DNA of 64,000 bases from Octopus vulgaris. Lineage: Eukaryota. The number at the start of each line of letters is the position of its first letter. The first letter of the stretch is position 1. The translations under genes and the position numbers were made by a program. Below the pieces are notes generated by a model that saw nothing but the letters and a program-made list of their open reading frames with translations, ran no database searches and was not told the origin of the DNA. Of the stretch, positions 55,178 through 64,000 are shown in pieces. The stretch spans positions 58,838,001 through 58,902,000 of the forward strand of contig OX597823.1 of assembly GCA_951406725.2 (NCBI GenBank), given 5' to 3'.

Positions 55178-55400
55178 GGTGGTGGAGTTTATGTTCATGT
55201 TTGTCCTCCACCACCGATTGACAACCGCTGTTGGTCTGTTTACATCCCGCAATTTAGCAATTCAGGAAAAAGGACTTTTAGAATAAGTACCAGGATTTAG
55301 ATATTCCAAGGAAAGGGGTCAATTCGTTCGACCACAGTCCTTCAAGGCAGTGCTCCAGCATGGTGGCAGTCTGACGACTGAAACAATTGAAACATCAAAG
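54985..55400 (+). mobile_element. SINE family A (diverged)
   Basis: Same order of segments as the reverse complement of 9516-9930. Confidence 0.8.
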
Positions 55401-55406
55401 ACAAAC

Positions 55407-55541
<135 letters not shown>

Positions 55542-56174
55542 ACCTATATTATATATATATATACATACGCGTACGTCTATATATGTTGGTAACATAAACG
55601 TGTATGTTAGAATATACATACATATACACATCTAGCTTTCTATATCTTTGTATCTATATTTATGTGTCAGTGTCTGTGTACGTATGTTTCTAATTCTTGT
55701 TTATTTCTTTGCATGAAATTATACGTAAAAGTATTCATTATATGTACATACGAATGTGTGATTGTATGTACACAAAACTACACACATTACAGTGTAAGTC
55801 AATTGGCGTTTTATCTGTTATTATTTCCTTTTTATATGTTATTTTATTATTCAAATTCTTATTCTTCGAGCATCGATATCCTCATAGCAATAATAGAAAT
55901 ACTTATCGGCATTATCATTTTTATTGTGATTTTAGAAATAATGTTCATCTCCGTCATAGCCGCAAGGATATGAACATAAATACACAAGAATTAAGGTCGC
56001 ATAACAGCGACAACACCCGCAGGCGCCTATATATATGTAAACAAATTTAAGTCCCAAAATTTCACATATGTGTGTCGAATAGAAATTCGTAGTTTACACA
56101 CCTAGACACTCCTGTTTGTACACATATATGCATACATACATACACACACACACACAAACACATAAATATAGCTC

Positions 56175-56360
56175 AAATTTACAGAGAACAAAAGACGAAG
56201 ACAGGTGTAGGAAAAACAAGCAGGTGTATTAATTTAACGCTGGGGAAGAATGGAAAATTCTTTTACGTTTCGAGACTACGCTCTTCAACAGAAAGGATTA
56301 AGAGGGAGAAAAGTGGAGAGAGAAAATATTGTGTAGAGATTAACGGTTCAAGACATGTAT
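56175..56360 (-). mobile_element. PLE-like pseudo-LTR with minimal hammerhead motif
   Basis: Minus strand CTTT-CTGTTGA-A-GAGC GTAG TCTC-GAAA-CG-TA-AAAG at about 56260-56295. Homologous to 28830-29040. Confidence 0.6.
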
Positions 56361-56364
56361 ATTT

Positions 56365-56440
<76 letters not shown>

Positions 56441-56572
56441 GTACATACAGGCACACGACACATATATGTAAATATGTATGTAGCGTATGTTTATGCGTAT
56501 ATATATATATATACTTGGAAAAGGATGCGTGGCGTTCAATCCTATAATAATATATATATAATATATATGGGT

Positions 56573-59121
56573 AGCGAACTTCTTCACTACTTCAGGGAGT
56601 GACGACCCTGCCTGACACGAGTTCCGGGCTCAGCTGGCTCCGGCTGACAGTACCCGGTATGGGCCCCTATCCAGGGTTACGGAAAGGAGACAACCTTCAA
56701 AGAAATCCGGAGTGGAGCCCCGAAGGCGGTTTAGTGTTCGACTCGACACTCTTCCGGCAGCTCCTGCAACCAAGCTGGTGCCAAACGTAATGCTCTGCAC
56801 TCCTTTGGACTACATCAGCAAGGTCGAGAGAGGAAACCTGACAATTGGGCTACCCAGGACTTTCTTATCTCTAGCCCAGGCCTGCGCAAAATTGGAGAGG
56901 ACACTTCAGTGCTGCTGTACAAAGCTGCAGAAACAACACGGGAGGTCACAGTCACGAGTGATAAGTCAATTCAGATTGGCGTAAAATATGGGCGCTACGG
57001 GTTACCTCTGACGATGGGTGGGACCTCCGTGTCCTATTGGTTAGCTACTGCCCACCTCAAGCTGGGCAGCCCCCAGTTAATAAGGTGCTGACCCGCCACA
57101 GGCCGCCTGCTTCATAGGGTGCTTGGAGCTAAGAGTATGACTTGAAAAGTGGCCTGCAACCTCTGCACCAGGCAAACAACTAAAAGACAAGAAACCACCA
57201 GTCCTGCGGTTGGCAAGCTGGAATATCAGGACTATGTGCCCTGGAATATTTGATGATCTACTCAGGGTTGAAGACACAAGGAAAACGGCCATCATTGACC
57301 GTGAACTAAAGAGGCTTAACATAGACATTGCTGGGCTACAGGAGACAAGAAAATGTTTTGCTGCTTCTATCAAGGTTGCCCTCAGTAGCTGCCCAACCTC
57401 CTCTGCTGAAGGTAGGTGGAATTATATAAGGGAAGCTTTGCATACGACATCAATAGATACTTTCGGCATGAGAGAAAGGCAAAACCCAGATTGGTTCAAT
57501 GCTGGGCTCTCAGAGCTGGAGCCAGTTATCGAAGCAAAGCGTGCAGCTCTGATGCAATACAAAAGTGATTCTTCTACAAAGTCACTCGAAGAATTCAGAA
57601 AGGCAAGAAATAAAACCCAACTGACAGCCAGACGCTGTGCAAATAGGTATTGGCAGGAAATCTGTCAGAGTATCCAGTTAGCTGCTGACGGGGGCGACAC
57701 CCGTGAGATGTATGCCGGTTTGAAGAAGGCCCTCGGTCCATACGCAACCAAGTCAGCCCCTCTAAAATCAACTACTGGAGATCTCATCAGGGATCAAAGC
57801 AAGCAAATGGATAAATGGGTGGAGCACTACCAGGATCTCTACTCACGGGAGACCGCAGTGGATGAGGCTGCAGTCGAGAGTGTCAAGATCTTGCCAGTCA
57901 TGTGCGAACTTGACAGTCCGCCATCTAAAGCAGAGCTCACCAAGGCTATTGACTCCCTAGCAACAAACAAGGCTCTGGGAAAAGACGGCATCCCCTCAGA
58001 GATCATCAAAGCCGGCAAAACTACCATCCTGCTTCGGCACCTTCATGAGCTTCTGTGTCAGTGCTGGGAAGAGGGTACAGTCCCTCAGGATATGCGCGAT
58101 GCTAACATCATTACGCTTTACAAAAACAAAGGTGACTGTGGTGATTGTAACAATTACCGTGGAATATCTCTTCTAAGCACTGTTGGAAAGACCTTTGCTC
58201 GCGTTATCCTGGCCAGGCTACAACTACTTGCTTCTCGAATCTATCCGGAATCGCAGTGTGGCTTTAGAAGAAGCAGATCACCTATTGATATGATATTCTC
58301 CATACGCCAACTTCAGGAGAAGTCCAGAGAGCAGAAAATGTCATTATATATGGCCTTCATTGATCTAACAAAAGCCTTTGATTCGGTAAGCAGAAAAGGC
58401 CTCTTCATCTTGCTCCAAAAAATCGGATGTCCACCAAAGCTGCTGAGAATCATCAAGTCTTTCCATGATGATATGCAAGACACCATACAGCACAATGGTT
58501 CAACATCAGACGCCTTCCAAATAAAAAACGGGGTAAAGCAAGGTTGTGTCCTCGCTTCTATATTATTTGGCATCTTCTTCTCGCTCTTACTCTCACATAC
58601 CTTTCAGACATCAGATGATGGAGTGTTTCTGCACAGTAGAAGTGACGGGAAACTGTTCAGTCTCTCGCGCCTGCGTGCCAAGACCAAAATCAGAAACGTC
58701 CTGATCAAGGAGATGCTATTTGCTGATGATGCCGCTCTGGTATCACACACAGAAGAAGCCCTTCAAAGGCTCATTAACTGATTTGAGCAAGCATGTAACG
58801 ACTTTGGCTTAGCTATCAGCCTTAAGAAGACCAACATCATGGGTCAGGCTACATCGGACATCCCAAACATACATATTGGAGACCACAGATTACAAGAGGT
58901 GGAGAAGTTTACCTATCTTGGCTCTACCGTCACCTACAACATATCCGTTGACGCTGAGCTCAATATACGCATTGGCAAGGCAGCTGCTGCAATGGCCCAA
59001 CTCTCCAAACGGGCATGGGACAACAATAAGCTGACCAAGACCACGAAAATGAAGATCTACCAGGGATGTGTACTTAGCACTCTACTGTATAGAAGTGAGA
59101 CTTGGGCGCTATACACACGCT
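56573..59121 (+). mobile_element. RTE-clade (BovB-like) LINE: 5' UTR, endonuclease-deleted ORF, RT; 3'-truncated
   Basis: ASWNIRT..DIAGLQETR (APE start), KALGKDGIP, NNYRGISLLS, ESQCGFR, FIDLTKAFDSV, GVKQGCVL, LFADDAAL, FTYLGS and LLYRSETW. Confidence 0.95.
57210..59121 (+). pseudogene. RTE reverse transcriptase ORF, pseudogenised
   Basis: 523-codon ORF, in-frame TGA at 58779-58781, then the same frame continues (58839 ORF). Most of the APE domain is deleted at about 57350/57351. Confidence 0.85.
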
Positions 59122-59288
59122 ATACACACGCTCAAGGTGCTGTGCAGTGGGATTGAGCCTGAAACTACGTCGTTGCAAAGTAAACAAAACGTAACATAAA
59201 TACTATTCTATACTCTCATACATCCCTTCTTGCTCCACACCTTACTACCGTTATTATTGACATAGTAGCAATCATTATCATCATCATA

Positions 59289-59356
<68 letters not shown>

Positions 59357-59760
59357 TTGGATAGATTGATGAATATAGACTTCTATATATAAAATAGTAA
59401 AATAGTAAAAATTGCATATAATAAAACGTGAAAACCAGATGTACTTGGAATTCCATTGACCAATAGATTCTATACACAGTCATGCAAACTGGGATCTCTC
59501 TCTCTATATATATATATATATATACATATATATCTCTGTGTGTGCGTGTGTGTGTGTGTGTGTATGTGTGTGTGTGTGTGTTGGTGCACGTGTTCACATC
59601 TTGATTTTTTAGAAATTACGTGTAAACATGTAATCCATTTTGGGGCAATATTTACTCAATTAGATATATCACGATGGTCAAACGGTATAGTAAGAGAACA
59701 TTTTCATAGTTCATGACTTGCTAGAAACATAAGAATTAGCTCCCTTACACAAAACTACAA

Positions 59761-60163
59761 TATTCTTTTCTACTCTAGGCACAAGGCCTAAAATTTTGGG
59801 GGAGGGAGCCAGTCGATTAGATCAACTCCAGTACGCAACTGGTACTTAATTCATCAACCCCTAAAGGATGAAAGTCAAAGTCAACCTGGGCGCAATTTGA
59901 ACTCAGAACGTAGCGGCACACGAAATACCTATTTCTTTATTACAAACAAGGGGCTAAACACAGACAGGACAAACAAGGACAGACAAACGGATTAAGTCGA
60001 TTATATCGACCCCAGTGCGTAACTGATACTTAATTTATCGACCCCGAAAGGATGAAAGGTAAAGTCGACCTCGGCGGAATTTGAACTCACAACGTAACGG
60101 CAGACGAAATACAGCTACGCATTTCGCCCAGCATGCTAACGATTCTGCCAGCTCGCCGCCTTA
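59761..60163 (-). mobile_element. SINE family C, dimeric form
   Basis: Reverse complement of the 44810-45210 architecture, including the linker. Confidence 0.88.
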
Positions 60164-60496
60164 TACAATCAAGTATGTTAACATTTTAAAGCCAATACTG
60201 TGGACTATTTTTGTGATAGCAGATGATGGAAACAATCATTGTTAGTGCTGGCTCTAAATTATATAGAAAATCTGTAGAGATAATTTATAAGTACTTCCTT
60301 CAGTTTCAAGTATTCTGAAATGTGATATAGGCGTTGCTCATCCTCTTCTAAGCAACTTATTAAAAATTTAAAAGGCATTGATGTGTAGCAAGAAGTGTCC
60401 TTCCAAGTATCATGCCTCCGGGTTCAGGCCTACTGCATGGTACTATATGTTTACTATAGTCGAGGGCAAACAAAAAATTTGGGAGTAAATTTTCTT

Positions 60497-60536
<40 letters not shown>

Positions 60537-60964
60537 ATATAAAATCCTTCAATGTCATTGCCCCTACCCCTCTCTCCTCCTTCTACGTGACTGGTGTCCG
60601 GCCAGCCATGATCTTTCTTCGTTGGTCTGACTGCCGACCGCCAACACCTCTTATGTCTTTCTCCTATGTTCTTGCCTTAAAGCTTTCAGGTTAAACACGC
60701 CAGCTCAATTTGATTCGTCCTCAGTCGAAAGCCACCTGTTATATTCTTGTTGTTTGTATTTGTTATTGTGTACCATGCTTTCCGTTTCTTGTCTTTGTTG
60801 CCATACACATTCACTAGCTTTCTTTAAAAAAATCTAATGCACTTAGCTTAGACTTTTTGTGGGGCAACAGATCGAACAGTCTCATAATATGATACTTGAA
60901 CTTGTCTGTTTAAGTATCATATTATGAAACTATTAATAGCTCTTTCGATTGTGTATTTAAATTG

Positions 60965-61036
<72 letters not shown>

Positions 61037-61620
61037 ATATATGTACGTATGTATGTGTGTGTGTATAGATATATATACGCGATGTACATGGGCGTATTTC
61101 GTTCTATAGAAATATAGAAAATATGTTTTTACACGTTTCCTTATTGCACTAATTAAATTGCACTTGCTTGCTTTTAATTGCTTTTCTTGTCATAAAGTTT
61201 TGTTTTGTTGATAGAGACGAATTCAAATTCATGCTTGAATTGTTGTTCATCATTATTTTAATACTTTTCTTGTCAATATTCTAGCTTATATACCAGCTCG
61301 ATACTGCCCTCGTTTCTGCAATCCACAGTCTCTAGCGATAAATATGTTTTACATTTTTCTTGTAATAGCTCCTAAAATCCTATAATTACATTCTTCAGCA
61401 TCAAACATCTAAGCACTGCTCTAACAGTTTTTTTAATAGATAGCTCAAATTTTGATAAGATTGACAGAAATATAGCCTGACAATTATTGTTATGCAACGT
61501 TACAAATACTTACGAAAAAATTAGTTCAAACACCTACAATAAAACGAGCCTTAGTTATTCAATTAAACACAAAGGCCGTTCAAAACAATGTCATCTTATT
61601 ACAATTTGATGTCCCTTTCA

Positions 61621-61722
61621 TCTTTTACTTGTGTCAGTCATTGAACTGCGTCCATGCTGGAGTACAGCCTTGAAGGGTTTAGTCGATCAAAACGACTCCG
61701 ATACTTACTTCTTTTTAAGTCT
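61621..61722 (-). mobile_element. SINE family A tail fragment
   Basis: TCTTTTACTTGTGTCAGTCATTGAACTGCGTCCATGCTGGAG. Similar short pieces at 30105-30150, 59131-59185 and 60380-60495. Confidence 0.7.
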
Positions 61723-61724
61723 TG

Positions 61725-61848
61725 TAATTATTAGGTGCTAGCAATTCAAACTGAGTTACCCCTTTGCAATCCCACCAGATAGAGAGAAGAACCTTCTTCC
61801 CGTGAAGTTCCCTTCTCGGTTGTGGTTGAGCTTTTTCTCCTTTTACCA
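61725..61848 (-). mobile_element. Mariner transposase fragment
   Basis: VKGEKAQPQPRRELHGKKVLLSIWWDCKGVTQFELLAPN matches the mariner catalytic-domain segment. Confidence 0.85.
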
Positions 61849-61977
61849 TGTATGCATCTATGTATGTATGTATGTATGTATGTATGTATGTATGTATACA
61901 TATATATATATTATATACATAAACATATACATCTATATATGTAAACACATACACACAGTCACACACATATGTATGTG

Positions 61978-62027
<50 letters not shown>

Positions 62028-62139
62028 CATACCTCATCCTACGTCATTAATTAGTTGTCTCTAGGCTAGGATTGTGTGTACCTGCGTATGTATGTATATA
62101 TATATATATATATATATATACATACATATATACACACAA

Positions 62140-62211
<72 letters not shown>

Positions 62212-62388
62212 GCATGTATACACATACAAAAGAATCAGTTATTAGTAGACATACATATTTCATGCATTAGGAAGGGTGGATTCCTGCAGCAGTTCGTATT
62301 TTACTTGCATAGAAATATGCACATACATATAAACATACAATATGTTTACATTTGCGGGTTTGAGAGTATGGTCCACATTACGGGGTAA

Positions 62389-63390
62389 AAGTTTATATTT
62401 ATAGTTATTATAGTAGTTGAAACGACAGATAAGTTAGGTCTATATATCTTAGATAATATAAGTAGTGAATTCCCTGAATTAACCGGAGGTCTATATAGGG
62501 ATGACGCACTATTCTTAGTTAAGAACCTTTCAAATAGACGCCTTGAACTACTTAAAAAGCGATTACTTATATTCTTTAACAGGTTTGGTCTATTCATAAC
62601 CATAGAAAGTGAAAACTACTATATAAACTATTTAGATGCAAATTGTAACTTTAGACTCCGTGAGCCTTATATAAAAGAAAATTTTACACTAAGATATATA
62701 AACAATTTTAGTAACCATCCCTTGCAAATAAAGAAAGCCCTACTACTAAATATAAGTAAAAGAATTTCAAACCTCTCCTCTAATGAAGAGATCTTTAATA
62801 AAAACAAGGAAAAGTACAACATGGTACTAAAAAATGCAGGTTATAAAGGTAAAATTAGATATCGCCCCGAAATATTAACTATAGTAGCCAGGATAGAGCA
62901 ACTACCTTCAACCCCTAAAAATTGGAACGACTGTAACACTACTAAGGATAAATATAAAATAACAATAGAAATATTAGAACTATAATAAAGCGACCCATAA
63001 ATGATAATAGCCATTATATCAACAACAACAATAATAAAATTGTTAGTAATAATAGCAATAATAATTATAATAATATTAATTATAACAATAAAAATAAAAA
63101 TAATAACAGAAACAATACACATAATATAAAAAACCCAATAAGGTAAATAATGAAATTGACATTGTGTGATTAATCATCCCTTTCGCTATGCAAATTTAGA
63201 ATAACATAGTCAAAACAATATTTAGATTAATTAACAAACATTTTACAACAGAAAAAAACAACAAATATTGCGAGATAATCAATAACAAAACAATACGAAT
63301 GGGATACTGACTAACACATAACCTGGTTACCATCATCTCCTTAATTAACGCAAGAAAACTGAACAACTATCTAAGTAGGAAAAATAACAG
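62389..63390 (+). mobile_element. Penelope-like element reverse transcriptase fragment
   Basis: Open frame 62389-62985 reads LGLYILD..GGLYRDDALF..INYLDA..YINNFSNHP..NISKRISNLSSNEEIF..LKNAGYK. Downstream LINKHF..IINNKTIRMGY linker. Confidence 0.9.
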
Positions 63391-63427
63391 AAATGATATA
63401 TACTCAAGTAATAACAATAACCACATC

Positions 63428-63480
<53 letters not shown>

Positions 63481-63484
63481 TAAA

Positions 63485-63526
<42 letters not shown>

Positions 63527-64000
63527 TATAATACCGTTGGATCCCCTCCATTTTCTTCTTGCCGTATATATATATATATATATATATATATGTTTGTATA
63601 TGTACATATATGCATATATAAATCATATGTGTATATGAATATATATATATATACATGCACATATATGTATGGCATTTATATATATACACACATGCACATT
63701 CCTCATTTATCCCTTATAATACGTGTGTGTATGTGCGCATATATGTGCATAAGTGCCTGTTCATGTGTGTCTGTGTGCGTGGGCGTGTGTGTGTGTGTAT
63801 GTGAAATCACAAGATGGACGCATTTGAGGCCCTCGATCAGATTTCCCAAGATCTCATAATTAGCACTTAGTAACATGGGTGAAGTGACAGCTTCTTCTGC
63901 GAATACGAGAAGCAAACTCGTTATCTCAAACGTACTATCTACCAATGAGTCGAAAACATACCTGTGTATCCTATATTTGAAATAAAATTCAACACCTCCA

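Noticed and set aside
57210-58781. 523-aa ORF as a host or domesticated gene
   Set aside because: It is a retrotransposon RT with a premature stop, 3' truncation and degraded motifs.

Overview
AT-rich, microsatellite-saturated animal genomic DNA. The SINE families and simple-repeat load strongly suggest an Octopus genome (recognised from memory, not by a database search). The window is almost entirely intronic/intergenic. It contains at least four tRNA-headed SINE families; fragments of R4/Dong-clade (REL endonuclease), RTE-clade and L1/Tx1-clade LINEs; several Penelope-like element (PLE) remnants (RT, GIY-YIG, pseudo-LTRs); Tc1/mariner relics; one non-autonomous Helitron; and a TTAGGG-containing MITE-like element. 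The only long ORF (57210-58781) is a decayed RTE reverse transcriptase, and nearly all other ORFs in the track are microsatellite translations. One plausible host coding exon was found (35794-35950, minus strand; signal-peptide-like, followed by a phase-1 donor). The most notable structures are several minimal hammerhead-ribozyme motifs from different repeat families, a 182-bp apparently perfect inverted repeat with a hammerhead in each arm, TAA-targeted R4/Dong insertions with a possible non-coding partner element, and a telomere-repeat hairpin. I cannot support a wholly new multi-gene system from this sequence. All alignments and folds were done by eye.
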